Positions 30,854 to 40,858 are shown, numbered from the stretch's first letter. The stretch: 64,000 bases of DNA from an uncultured Candidatus Saccharibacteria bacterium (GCA_964426555.1 CAYRQJ010000003.1:1229-65228), one strand, 5' to 3'. Numbers and translations: made by a program. The notes: generated by a model not told the origin, from the letters alone.

Positions 30854-31854
30854 TTTATTTCTATATCCACATATTCAATTTGTGGAAATTTTTGAATAAT
30901 AGTTTTTTCTATTTCGTCGATTCTGCTACCTACTAGTCTTGGAATACGGTCGGTGGTTTTAAACATTAATTTTGTAAATTCTCTAAAATCATCTTTTATA
31001 AAATCAAATTCTTCTTGCAAATCCCCCGCTTCATAAATTTCTGCATATAGTGGAGAACCATTCCATTCTACTGTTGCAAAAATACGGTATTTACCAATGT
31101 CTACTGCTACAGATTTAAATTCTATAATTTTTTCAATACATGGGTCTACTAAAAGTTCTTTAATTATATCACCACGAACATCTTCGTTTAACGATTTACC
31201 TATAATATATTGATAATTTTTTGCTATTAGTATTACTGCCAAAAATCCCAAAATTAATCCAACTATTATTCCCCCAATTGCATCGTATTCATAATGTCCA
31301 GTATATGCTGCTAATACTTGAGCAATAATAGCAATAATAACACCCAATACTGCAGCGCTGTCTTCATACACTACTGCCAGTGTAACTGGGTCAGCATCGG
31401 CAAAAATTTTTTTAGATAATTTTCTACCATGCTTTAATTCTTTTACCGCTAGATAAAGTGTGATACTTTCTACAATTAAAGCTATAACTAAAACTGTAAT
31501 TCCAAGTGTATTAATATCAGTGTTAGCATGTGCTCCGTGATCCATTAATGAATCTATAGAATGATACACCGTTACCCCTGCACCAATAAACAAAATTCCG
31601 CAAGCTGAAATTAAAGACCAAAAAAATCTTTCAATTCCATAACCATAACCGCGAATATGGTCGGCGGGTCTTTTTGACCGGTTAAGCCCAATTAATAGCA
31701 ATGACTGGTTTAATGTGTCAGCAAAACTGTGTACACTTTCTGCAAACATACTGGCAGACCCAGTAAATGCCGAAGCAATGACTTTTAATACTGTAACTAT
31801 AGTGTTACCTGTTAATGCTGCAATAACCGATGTTTTTCCGTGTGAGTGAGCCAT
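30850..31854 (-). CDS. Cation diffusion facilitator family transporter
   Basis: SASMFAESVHSFADT.NQ, GYGYGIERFFW, EDSAA; start moved to 31854. Confidence 0.92.
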   Translation of the reverse strand: MAHSHGKTSVIAALTGNTIVTVLKVIASAFTGSASMFAESVHSFADTLNQSLLLIGLNRSKRPADHIRGYGYGIERFFWSLISACGILFIGAGVTVYHSIDSLMDHGAHANTDINTLGITVLVIALIVESITLYLAVKELKHGRKLSKKIFADADPVTLAVVYEDSAAVLGVIIAIIAQVLAAYTGHYEYDAIGGIIVGLILGFLAVILIAKNYQYIIGKSLNEDVRGDIIKELLVDPCIEKIIEFKSVAVDIGKYRIFATVEWNGSPLYAEIYEAGDLQEEFDFIKDDFREFTKLMFKTTDRIPRLVGSRIDEIEKTIIQKFPQIEYVDIEIN

Positions 31855-31935
31855 AAATATTTTAATATTATAGCATAAGTTTTTATTTGACAATATATAA
31901 ATATAATGATTTAATAATAAAAAATTAAAAATCTT

Positions 31936-32556
31936 ATGAGCGAGAAAATTAAACAAATCAGCACAATGCATCTTTTGCATTTAATCGAAAGAACAATTGA
32001 AGAAGAAAACAATGTACTTGGAGAAAAGGTGGGTATTTTTACAAAGACAATAATGGAATTAACGACAAAGGTAATAATGACAATAGTAGTTCTCCATATT
32101 TGTAACCCAATATGGTCAAGAGGCTTAATTGAATTTTTCGTTTTATTTCTTGGATTGTTTTATGGTTTTTTAAAAGTAAATAAAAAAATTATAAACCAAT
32201 TAGACAATGTTGTAGGTAAACCATTAATGGAATACGCCGCGAAAATGGATGTATACATGAAATATACCGAATTAGACTACCTTGATGAACCTGTACATTA
32301 CGAATTAATCAATAAAGTTAAAGAACTAAAAAGACCAAGTGATGGCTTTAGAATAAATAATCCTAATAAAATAATTTATGGGAATAAATTCAAATGGTTA
32401 GTTTATTTTTTAATTATAGTAATTGGATTTTTATTCTTTTACTACAGCTCGGAAAAATTTGATTTATTTAAAATACTATTCCCTGCTATGTTTGTTTTTT
32501 ACGGAATTGGCTTATGGAATTCAATAATGGAATACCAATATACAAGAATTTTCTAA
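31936..32556 (+). CDS. Hypothetical membrane protein
   Basis: 206 aa, about 4 TM. Confidence 0.6.
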   Translation: MSEKIKQISTMHLLHLIERTIEEENNVLGEKVGIFTKTIMELTTKVIMTIVVLHICNPIWSRGLIEFFVLFLGLFYGFLKVNKKIINQLDNVVGKPLMEYAAKMDVYMKYTELDYLDEPVHYELINKVKELKRPSDGFRINNPNKIIYGNKFKWLVYFLIIVIGFLFFYYSSEKFDLFKILFPAMFVFYGIGLWNSIMEYQYTRIF

Positions 32557-32646
32557 GTCTTACATGTGTAAGACATATAATACAAAAAGAACCCTGATAG
32601 AGTTGAGGGTTCTTTTTTTTTGCGACAAGTACCTATTTACAAATTT

Positions 32647-32901
32647 TTATGAAAGATGAGCAGAGACAAGCTTTGTCATTCTAAACATATCTACAACTTT
32701 TTCACCACCGAAAACTTTTAAAAGTTTTTCGTCAGCTACAATGTTTCTTTTGTTTGCTGGGTCTTGTAAATCATGCTTTTTTATATACACCCAGATGTTT
32801 TTTACAACTTCTGAACGTGGCATTGGACCAGCACCGACTACAGCAGCCAGGTCGGCACTAATAGTCATGGGCTTCATAAGAGCTGAATTTGGATTTGCCA
32901 T
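32647..32901 (-). CDS. SWIB/MDM2 domain protein
   Basis: LAAVVGAGPMPRSEVVKNIWVYIKKHDLQDPANKRNI.ADEKL. Confidence 0.93.
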   Translation of the reverse strand: MANPNSALMKPMTISADLAAVVGAGPMPRSEVVKNIWVYIKKHDLQDPANKRNIVADEKLLKVFGGEKVVDMFRMTKLVSAHLS

Positions 32902-32981
32902 ACATTTATATTAATTAATAATGATATCCATATTATAGCACAATATATAAGAAAAGATAGCAAATAATAAGATTTACTGTG

Positions 32982-33557
32982 TTATCTAGTATGATCAACT
33001 ACCCCATTACTAATTATTCCAATAGCACGCGAATACGGGATTTTGTATACTAAAACTAATTCATCATACTCAGCTTTTGTAATATTTGTTTCTTCTAACA
33101 TAATTTTTAGAAGATTTGTTATAGGCTTTAAATCATTAATGGCAGTGAATCTTATTTTAAAAGTTTCTTTATCTTCTTCGTTCAGCTTATTAAAGGCTAT
33201 TTCACGATCAGCTTCAGGTATTTCTTTATTTGTAAAATTTGCAAATATCCATGTTAATTCCGCAGAAAGATTTGTTATGGTATTTAACTTTTCTATAGAA
33301 TGTTTATTTTTAAAATCTTCAATCAAATTAAGGAATTGGATTTTTTCTTGTTCATACCCACGTTTTGAATCTAATGGTATTTCTAATGCATCCATTTCTT
33401 CTCCTGTCTCACTGATTCTGTGTTTAATAACATCAGCTTGATCTTCAGGGCTTAAATCGCTAAACTTTTTATACAAAGACTTGGTTGTTTCAAGATCGAT
33501 CTTTTTATCAAGGCTTGAAATTTTGGGTTCTAATTTAGGGTTAAATTTTGGTGGCAT
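32982..33557 (-). CDS. Hypothetical protein
   Basis: 191-aa ORF ending SRAIGIISNGVVDHTR. Confidence 0.65.
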   Translation of the reverse strand: MPPKFNPKLEPKISSLDKKIDLETTKSLYKKFSDLSPEDQADVIKHRISETGEEMDALEIPLDSKRGYEQEKIQFLNLIEDFKNKHSIEKLNTITNLSAELTWIFANFTNKEIPEADREIAFNKLNEEDKETFKIRFTAINDLKPITNLLKIMLEETNITKAEYDELVLVYKIPYSRAIGIISNGVVDHTR

Positions 33558-33617
33558 ATGCAGTTAGAATACCATAAAATCTATACAAAAAGCTAAAAAT
33601 ATGTATAATAGAATAAT

Positions 33618-33688
33618 TACCAGATCGTCTAAAGGTAGGACAGAAGCCTTTGAAGCTTTTAATCTAGGTTCGATTCCTAGTCTGGTAG
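33618..33688 (+). tRNA. tRNA-Gln(TTG)
   Basis: TACCAGA...TCTGGTA-G acceptor; GAAGC-CTTTGAA-GCTTT anticodon arm. Confidence 0.93.
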
Positions 33689-33896
33689 CAACAAATTTTT
33701 AATGAGCGCAGCAATTATAAAAATTGTTGCTACCAGAAGTACATTTATAATGTACGTCTAGGATATCGAAAAGCTTTTCGATGTGTATGAGAAATGTATA
33801 TTTTGAATACACCGAAAAGGTATACAGTTCATGTAATGAAAGATTCCTAGTCTATAGCGTTTCGACCGTTAAGGAGAGGCGATTCCTGGTTTGATA
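33689..33896 (+). repeat. tRNA-Gln trailer with inverted and direct copies of the tRNA 3' end
   Basis: TTGTTGCTACCAGA (antisense), CTAGGATATCGAA (antisense T-arm), GATTCCTAGTCT (direct copy, 33842), palindrome ATCGAAAAGCTTTTCGAT. Confidence 0.7.
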
Positions 33897-33935
33897 CCTT
33901 TAATTCATAATTAACTTTATGATACAATAACTTTT

Positions 33936-34706
33936 ATGAATGAATTAAATTCGATAGAAGAAATCAAACAAAAATTTAGTAAGAATAAAACTGTTCCATT
34001 TCATTTAGAAGAAGTATTTTATAATGTTATAAAACATTACCCTGAACTTGAAAATACTTTTATTATAGTTCATGAAACTAAATTTTACGGGATACCCAAT
34101 ACTTTACGTGCATACCCACCACTACTTTCTTTTTTTAATAAAAATAGAGATCGTATTTATACAATAGTTGTAAATTTAAATGAAAAAATCCCAATTCCTT
34201 TTTATTCACTTACAATAGAAAATCAACAAGGAATGCTAGCTCATGAATTAGCACATGTTTTAGATTATAAAAGAAGAAATTCTTTTGGTTGCGTATGGAT
34301 GGGGTTACATTTCTTAGTTTCAAAAAAATTTGCTCGGGAAATGGAACGCAATACTGACAGAATAGTCGTAGCAAGAGGATGTGGAGACTTATTATTATCA
34401 TACAGACAACATTTACTTACTAAATCTGAAATTTTACATGCCGCTTATATAAACAATATATATCTAAGTCCAGAAGAAATATTAGAAGAAATGAAAAAAT
34501 ATTCTAATTTATATAATAATGCAATTTTAAATACTAAATTAGTTGATAACATTCTTAAATTTAAAGCTCATAGAAGAAGCTTATTAAATAGAATTAAGCA
34601 TATCTTTATAGTTGTTGTTGGATTTTTACCAGCAATAGTTGAAATGATTCATCTACTTCATATTGCAAAAATTCACCGAAAACCAGACTGGTATTCAAAA
34701 AAATAG
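33936..34706 (+). CDS. Putative zincin metallopeptidase
   Basis: GMLAHELAHVLDY (HExxH) and downstream ERNTD. Confidence 0.7.
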   Translation: MNELNSIEEIKQKFSKNKTVPFHLEEVFYNVIKHYPELENTFIIVHETKFYGIPNTLRAYPPLLSFFNKNRDRIYTIVVNLNEKIPIPFYSLTIENQQGMLAHELAHVLDYKRRNSFGCVWMGLHFLVSKKFAREMERNTDRIVVARGCGDLLLSYRQHLLTKSEILHAAYINNIYLSPEEILEEMKKYSNLYNNAILNTKLVDNILKFKAHRRSLLNRIKHIFIVVVGFLPAIVEMIHLLHIAKIHRKPDWYSKK

Positions 34707-34741
34707 TTATAAAAAAGCACCATCTACGTGGTGCTTTTTCT

Positions 34742-35782
34742 TTATCCTATTATATCCAACACTGCCAGTTCTAACGGCAGGGATTTTACAGGACTTCTTT
34801 TTACCATTTGAGCAGCTTCTAAGAATTTAATAATTGTTTGCGAATTTAATTTATTGTTTGGGTCTTGTGCAATCTCATTGAAGAAATTTGCTTCGTCTTT
34901 CCCAAAATTATTTACTACTTCATCCATTGTTATCATTTTATGTTTTAACATATGCACACTGCGCATATGTGATAACAATAAATTTATCAGCATTTCATGG
35001 TTAATATTTGTAAAATTTTTTGCAGATATTGCTTTCTCTGCACTAGCTCTGTCACCCAGTGCAATCGCTTTAATTAGATTTTCTAAAATACTTTTGTTTG
35101 GTACACCAAAAATATTTGATACGGCGTCGCCGTCTATCTCAATTCCTTGGCCGTGGACCATGGCTTCTTCCAGCCTTCCACAAGCGTCACGGTATGACCT
35201 GTCGGCAAGTTTAGCTAACAGCGCCAATGCTTCTTTAGTAATTTTGATTTTTTCCTTCTTAGCAATATTGGCAATGTATTCTACCAACACATCTTCAGTA
35301 GGTCTTACAAAATTAACCATTTGTGTACGACTGCGTACAGTATCCGGAACCTTGTCCAAGTCAGTTGTAGCCAACACGAAGATTACATGCTCTGGTGGCT
35401 CTTCCAATGTCTTTAAAAGCGCATTAAATGCTTCTTTGGTTAGCATGTGAACCTCGTCTATAATGTAGACTTTGTATTTAGACTCTAGTGGTGCTGCACG
35501 AACATGGTCGCGTAGTTCACGAATGTCATCAATTCCACGGCGACTAGCTGCATCTATTTCATAAATGTCCCCTGGTTTACTACCCAGACTTTTTGCTAAG
35601 ATTCTAGCTAATGTAGTTTTACCCAAACCTCGTCCACCGGTAAACAAATATGCATGTGCAGGCTTGCCCGAATTTACAGCATTTTGAATCAGGCTAACCG
35701 CCATTGGCTGACCAATAACATCTGTAAATTCTTCCGGTCGGTATTTACGGTACAGTACTGTGTGTGATACTTCTTTTGCCAT
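34742..35782 (-). CDS. dnaX: DNA polymerase III gamma/tau
   Basis: LYRKYRP, HAYLFTGGRGLGKTT, IIDEVHML, NALLKTLEEPP. Confidence 0.97.
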   Translation of the reverse strand: MAKEVSHTVLYRKYRPEEFTDVIGQPMAVSLIQNAVNSGKPAHAYLFTGGRGLGKTTLARILAKSLGSKPGDIYEIDAASRRGIDDIRELRDHVRAAPLESKYKVYIIDEVHMLTKEAFNALLKTLEEPPEHVIFVLATTDLDKVPDTVRSRTQMVNFVRPTEDVLVEYIANIAKKEKIKITKEALALLAKLADRSYRDACGRLEEAMVHGQGIEIDGDAVSNIFGVPNKSILENLIKAIALGDRASAEKAISAKNFTNINHEMLINLLLSHMRSVHMLKHKMITMDEVVNNFGKDEANFFNEIAQDPNNKLNSQTIIKFLEAAQMVKRSPVKSLPLELAVLDIIG

Positions 35783-35798
35783 ATATACAAATATAACA

Positions 35799-36932
35799 CT
35801 ATTTATTTAAAAATTCATTTATCACTGTTTCAAGCTGGGATACATTATTTGTAGCCATTAGTTTTTCACGTAAGACTTTTGCACCAACAAATCCATGACA
35901 ATATGCTTTGAAATGTTTTTTCATTACACTGTAGCTTTTTACATCACCCAGTTTTTCGTTATAAAGTTGTGCATGTTCCAGTAGCACACGCATCTTTTCG
36001 CTCTGTGACACGGCCGACGCTGTATAGCGCGCGTCCCCTAATATTTTCTTTATCCATTTGTTAGGTAATATTTGATAAACAAATTTTGGTAGTCTTACTG
36101 GTCTTTTTGTAACTATTCTATCCCAGTCAAATATCCAAGGATTACCAAACACTGCTCGGCCTATCATTACCCCATCAACACTATACTTATCGTACAAATC
36201 TTTTGCATGGTTCAAATCCATTACATCACCATTACCAATTATAATTGTGTTGGGTGAAATTTTATTACGCAATTTTATAACATCCCGAATTAGTTCCCAA
36301 TTTGCCGGAACTGAAGACATTTCTTTACGTGTTCTCACATGTACAGTTAATGCATCAATATTACAACTCAGCAGTATCGGAATCCATTCATTAATTTGAA
36401 TAGTATTGTAGCCAACTCGTGTTTTTACACTAACAGGAATAGTTTGTTTATTGTATTCCATTGCCCCGTCAACTATCCCGCGCTGAACAGCTTCTATTAC
36501 TTGCTTTGCAATATCCGGAGTCTTTATCATACTTGCGCCGGCGCCTTGTTTCTCTATTGCTTTGTCTGGACAACCCATATTTATATCTACACCATCAAAA
36601 CCCAGCTCTACTGCAAGCTTTGCAGCTTTGTACATTTTTTCAGGATCGGCAGAAAATATTTGAGCAATTATTGGTCTCTGGTTTTCGGTATATTGTAAAT
36701 CCTTTAGTAAGGCTTCACGCCCAGGAGAATCTAGCCCATTTGCACTAACAAATTCAGTCCAAAAAACATCTGGGCCTCCGTTAGGTAACCCCGATCTTCC
36801 ATACTTAGAAATCATTTCACGAAAAGCAACATCCGTAACATCAGCCATTGGGGCCAGTACTACTATTGGTCTTTTTTCGTTTCTTGATTTAACTAATAAA
36901 TTATTCCAAAAATTATTGTGGTTCTTTTTCAC
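35799..36932 (-). CDS. dus: tRNA-dihydrouridine synthase
   Basis: LAPMADVTD, DINMGCP, SVKTRVG, GNGDV, MIGR. Confidence 0.95.
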   Translation of the reverse strand: MKKNHNNFWNNLLVKSRNEKRPIVVLAPMADVTDVAFREMISKYGRSGLPNGGPDVFWTEFVSANGLDSPGREALLKDLQYTENQRPIIAQIFSADPEKMYKAAKLAVELGFDGVDINMGCPDKAIEKQGAGASMIKTPDIAKQVIEAVQRGIVDGAMEYNKQTIPVSVKTRVGYNTIQINEWIPILLSCNIDALTVHVRTRKEMSSVPANWELIRDVIKLRNKISPNTIIIGNGDVMDLNHAKDLYDKYSVDGVMIGRAVFGNPWIFDWDRIVTKRPVRLPKFVYQILPNKWIKKILGDARYTASAVSQSEKMRVLLEHAQLYNEKLGDVKSYSVMKKHFKAYCHGFVGAKVLREKLMATNNVSQLETVINEFLNK

Positions 36933-37779
36933 CTTTTTTCTTATACACTACTTGTCCGTTAAAACGCAAATCAATATATTCCAAGTCTGGTAAATTATCA
37001 ATTAATAATTTTTGAACATTTGCGTCTCTCATTGCTGGACCCATTACAGAATCCACATCTAAATCTGTAGCATTTTGTAATACTCTAACTCGTGGTAATT
37101 CTTTAAAACTACTACCAGTATCCAACAACATTTCGTCATAAGTAGACCCATAAACGTAACCAATAGTATTTATTTCATATGAACTAATTTTGTTTTTAAT
37201 TTGTTTTATTCTATTTATTTCAGTTAAAGTTATTATGTTTTGTCCAACATAAGGCACATCACTAGTGATTTTATAAAATGTAAAATAAGGCGAATAACTA
37301 AATTCTGGAGCAACAGATGCAATCTTGCCATCAAAATGTAGTAAATAACATTTCTGTATTTCCAAATCTAGCGGAATGACAGTACAATACATACTTTCAA
37401 AAATTGGTTCTGTAATTTCAATATTTAAAGTTTGACCTTTATTTATTTTTATATTTTCAAGTCTTGGAAATTTTTGTGCAATACTATATTGCAATTTTTC
37501 TTTATCTAAAAAGATAATAGAATTTTTTGGTATTAAAAAATATCTATATCCGCTAATAGAACTTTCAACATATGATTTTACATCTTCATTATTTACTAAT
37601 GTAATTCCAGAAACATTTACAGAATTAATTCTAAAATACGGTTTACGAATTGTAATAAAAAAACCTACTAACAATAAAATCATAAACAACAAAAAAACAT
37701 TTCTCTTTCTATGAGAATGTTTTTTTCTTTGCGCAATTAACGCCTCTTGTTTTGTGGAAACTAAAGACGCGTTATACAT
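36913..37779 (-). CDS. FtsQ/DivIB-like POTRA protein
   Basis: N-terminal TM, I..V.V.G POTRA, C-terminal YIDLRF. Confidence 0.75.
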   Translation of the reverse strand: MYNASLVSTKQEALIAQRKKHSHRKRNVFLLFMILLLVGFFITIRKPYFRINSVNVSGITLVNNEDVKSYVESSISGYRYFLIPKNSIIFLDKEKLQYSIAQKFPRLENIKINKGQTLNIEITEPIFESMYCTVIPLDLEIQKCYLLHFDGKIASVAPEFSYSPYFTFYKITSDVPYVGQNIITLTEINRIKQIKNKISSYEINTIGYVYGSTYDEMLLDTGSSFKELPRVRVLQNATDLDVDSVMGPAMRDANVQKLLIDNLPDLEYIDLRFNGQVVYKKKGEKEPQ

Positions 37780-37781
37780 AA

Positions 37782-39047
37782 TTATTTTGCAATTCTAACT
37801 TGGCCACCCATATATGGACGTAGTACCTCGGGAATTATTATACTACCATCAGCTTGTTGGAAATTTTCTACCAATGCTGCAGGTAAACGACTGGTTGCAC
37901 AAGCAGTATTGTTTAAAGAATGAACAAATCTTAGTTTTCCATCAGTATCGCGATATTTTATGTTTAGTCTACGAGTTTGAAAATCATGAAAATAAGAAGA
38001 AGAATGTGTTTCTCTGTATTTGTTTTGTGATGGCATCCAAGCTTCGATGTCGTATTTTTTTACCTGACCTAAACCAAGATCCCCTCCGCAGTTTACAACT
38101 ACATGATAAGGTAAACCTAGTTCACGCATTAAATGTTCTACATGAGCTGTAATTTCTTCGTGCCATTTTACAGATTCTTCATGATTGGCTTCTGTTAAAA
38201 TAACTTGTTCAATTTTAAAAAATTCATGAACACGAATTATGCCTTTGGTATCAGCACCGTGCTTACCAGCTTCTGCACGGAAACATGGAGAAAATGCAAT
38301 ATATTTTTTAGGTAAATCTGTTTGTTCGATTACTTCGTTCATATGGTAACCCATAGTAGCTACTTCGGCAGTACCAGCTAAATATTCATTTTCGCCTACT
38401 TTATATAAATCATCTTCTGACTGTGGAAGCATTCCGGTACCAATAAGAGATTCTTTACGCACAAGTGATGGCACTATCATAGGAGTATAACCTTGGTCAA
38501 TAAAATAATTCAAAAAATATTGCCATAAAGCAAAAAATAATTTTACTCCATCATTTTTCATAAAATATCCACGAAATCCAGAAACCTTTACTCCTCGTTC
38601 AAAATCAACCATATTTAAATTCTCCATTAGTTCAATATGGTCTTTGGGTGTAAATTCAAATTGTGGAATATCTCCCCATACACGAATTTCTACATTGTCT
38701 TCGTCACTGTCCCCGTCTGGCACAGACATGTCTGGAACATTTGGAACTTCTAACATCATCTTTTGCCAATTTGTAATAATATTACGCAAAGATTCTTCTT
38801 TTGTTTGAAGTTCATCTTTTACAATTTTCATTTCTTCCAGTGCGGTAGTTTTTTCATCTGCTGAAAGATTGGCAATATTAGCTGAAACTGCATTTTGACG
38901 ACTTCGAAGTTCTTCGACTTCTTTTAACAGAGACAATCTCTGGTCGTCCAAATTAACTAGTTCATCAATATTTAAATTAATGTGTTTTTTAGTTATTGCA
39001 TTTTTAACAATATCGGTATTTTCGCGAATGAATTTAATGTCTAACAT
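37782..39047 (-). CDS. serS: Serine--tRNA ligase
   Basis: MLDIKFIREN, GTAEV, FRAEAG, RVHEFFKIEQ, HSLNNT. Confidence 0.98.
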   Translation of the reverse strand: MLDIKFIRENTDIVKNAITKKHINLNIDELVNLDDQRLSLLKEVEELRSRQNAVSANIANLSADEKTTALEEMKIVKDELQTKEESLRNIITNWQKMMLEVPNVPDMSVPDGDSDEDNVEIRVWGDIPQFEFTPKDHIELMENLNMVDFERGVKVSGFRGYFMKNDGVKLFFALWQYFLNYFIDQGYTPMIVPSLVRKESLIGTGMLPQSEDDLYKVGENEYLAGTAEVATMGYHMNEVIEQTDLPKKYIAFSPCFRAEAGKHGADTKGIIRVHEFFKIEQVILTEANHEESVKWHEEITAHVEHLMRELGLPYHVVVNCGGDLGLGQVKKYDIEAWMPSQNKYRETHSSSYFHDFQTRRLNIKYRDTDGKLRFVHSLNNTACATSRLPAALVENFQQADGSIIIPEVLRPYMGGQVRIAK

Positions 39048-39165
39048 CCCGTTTAGAAGCAGGTCACGATCCAGATGGTCCCGTTAATGCTTTAGTTAAG
39101 TGAATAATGAATTTTATATTTATATATATCCTGTTCTTGTAATCGTGATCGTGGCTTCTAACGGG
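39048..39165 (-). mobile_element. Start-codon-abutting inverted-repeat element, copy B (118 bp), at serS
   Basis: Sense strand CCCGTTAGAAGCCACGATC...GATCGTGACCTGCTTCTAAACGGG|ATG; ATGTTA duplicated on both sides. Confidence 0.8.
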
Positions 39166-39211
39166 ATAACATATAGCTATACTATAGCAAAAATAGTAAA
39201 ATGTATAAAGT

Positions 39212-40060
39212 ATGCAAATAAAAGAGTTATTAAAAAATGACTTTCCTAAAAGATTTGACGATTTACCACAATACCCAAAGAATCTTTTTATTATTGGTAA
39301 TTTGCCCGACCCAAATAAATATAAAAATTTAGTTATTGTAGGATCTCGTAAACATACCAGCTATGGTAAACAAGTTGTGCGTGACATTATAGCCGGACTT
39401 GCAACATATCCTATTAATATTGTATCCGGACTGGCTTTGGGAATTGATACACTGGCTCACGAAGAAGCGTTACGTCATGGAATGATAGTTACAGCATTCC
39501 CCGGTTCCGGATTAAATAAAAATTCTATACACCCGCAAAATAATGTAAGACTGGCAGAAAAAATTTTTGAATCCGGAGGATGCTTAATTTCCGAATACGA
39601 ACCCAATTTCAAAGCAACTCAATATAGCTTCCCACAAAGAAATCGTCTTATGGCTGGGTATGCTCACGCGGTATTAATAATTGAAGCCGAAGAAAAATCA
39701 GGAACATTAATTACTGCAAGACTAACCACAGAATATAATCGAGATTTATTAGTTGTACCTGGTTCAATTTATAATTCTACATCCAAAGGTACGAATTGGT
39801 TACTATCCCAAGGTGCTACCCCAGTAACATGTGCCAACGATGTATTGATTGCATTAGGTTTTGATATAAATACCCACACACAAAGAAATGATATTTCAAA
39901 AGAAGAAGCAGTAATACTGGAAATATTAACCGAACCCAAAACAAGAGACGAAATAATTCGTGAATGTGACGGTAGCACTGAAGAAATAAATAGTTTATTA
40001 ATGAAAATGGAACTACGTGGAATAATTGTGGAAGACGCTGGGTATTTTAGAGTAGTTTGA
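39212..40060 (+). CDS. dprA: DNA-processing protein DprA
   Basis: IVGSR, IVSGLALGIDT.AH, FPQRNR, SGTLITA, VPG. Confidence 0.96.
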   Translation: MQIKELLKNDFPKRFDDLPQYPKNLFIIGNLPDPNKYKNLVIVGSRKHTSYGKQVVRDIIAGLATYPINIVSGLALGIDTLAHEEALRHGMIVTAFPGSGLNKNSIHPQNNVRLAEKIFESGGCLISEYEPNFKATQYSFPQRNRLMAGYAHAVLIIEAEEKSGTLITARLTTEYNRDLLVVPGSIYNSTSKGTNWLLSQGATPVTCANDVLIALGFDINTHTQRNDISKEEAVILEILTEPKTRDEIIRECDGSTEEINSLLMKMELRGIIVEDAGYFRVV

Positions 40061-40108
40061 CAAATTATCTTATTAGTGGAATGATATATTAAATTTAATA
40101 TATCTACT

Positions 40109-40600
40109 ATGGACACAACAGAAATTCAAATTAACACTCTAAACATTACAACCAAGGTTCCTGTTAGAAGTAACTATGATGCAAAAAAATTTATTAAAGT
40201 TTCAGTTTCACTTGACTGGGATATTAAATTCTTTAAAACAGGACACCGGTTAAAAAAGTTTTTACGTGAAGAACATGTCAGAACATTGGATGAATTTATT
40301 CAACACTACGATCAACTATATGATAGCTGCCCATGGAAAGCATTGACTCAATTAGAAACATTCAATACTGCAATTCATAATATTCTGACCGGGCCTCCTT
40401 ATACAAAGGAAACTATGCAGTTTATTAAAAAGAACATAATTGGTCCAAGAAAAAGACCAAATGCAATTCAAAAGTCTTTCTTAAATGCTTTATATTTTTT
40501 TGAAACAATTTTTAATAAGTCAAAAGAATTCAAAGCTTTTGTAAATAAAAAAGCTAAAGATCTACAAATTACATGGGTTCCTATTTATAAATATTTATAA
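40109..40600 (+). CDS. Hypothetical protein
   Basis: 163-aa ORF between dprA and topA. Confidence 0.6.
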   Translation: MDTTEIQINTLNITTKVPVRSNYDAKKFIKVSVSLDWDIKFFKTGHRLKKFLREEHVRTLDEFIQHYDQLYDSCPWKALTQLETFNTAIHNILTGPPYTKETMQFIKKNIIGPRKRPNAIQKSFLNALYFFETIFNKSKEFKAFVNKKAKDLQITWVPIYKYL

Positions 40601-40742
40601 ATCACCCAAAAAAATATTTTTTGCCAAGCAAACATGCTTGGCAATTTTATTTTTTATTTGCCCCGTAGTAGATATTTTTTAAAAATATTCACTACAGGGT
40701 TTGCAAAAAAATTTAGTGTGTAGTATTAGTATAAGTACCTGT

Positions 40743-40858
40743 CCCGTTAGAAACCGCGATCGCAATAATAAAAAACATAAATATGAAAATACATTTAATC
40801 AACATTAAAAGAATAAATAAACAAGAACGTGATATGATCGCGATCTGTTTCTAACGGG
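40743..40858 (+). mobile_element. Start-codon-abutting inverted-repeat element, copy C (116 bp), at topA
   Basis: CCCGTTAGAAACCGCGATC...GATCGCGATCTGTTTCTAACGGG|ATG. Confidence 0.8.
40783..40854 (+). CDS. Element-borne mini-ORF (23 aa)
   Basis: MKIHLINIKRINKQERDMIAICF*; same length and C-terminus as the copy D ORF. Confidence 0.5.
   Translation: MKIHLINIKRINKQERDMIAICF

Noticed and set aside
39212-40060. Alternative genetic code (UGA=Gly, as in Gracilibacteria/SR1)
   Set aside because: Genes translate full length in code 11 and dprA ends at TGA at its expected length.
40743-40858. Elements as classical integron attC sites
   Set aside because: They contain GTTAGA and TCTAAC, but in the order GTT...AAC, inside-out relative to attC (RYYYAAC...GTTRRRY). 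They are dispersed rather than arrayed, and no intI is present.
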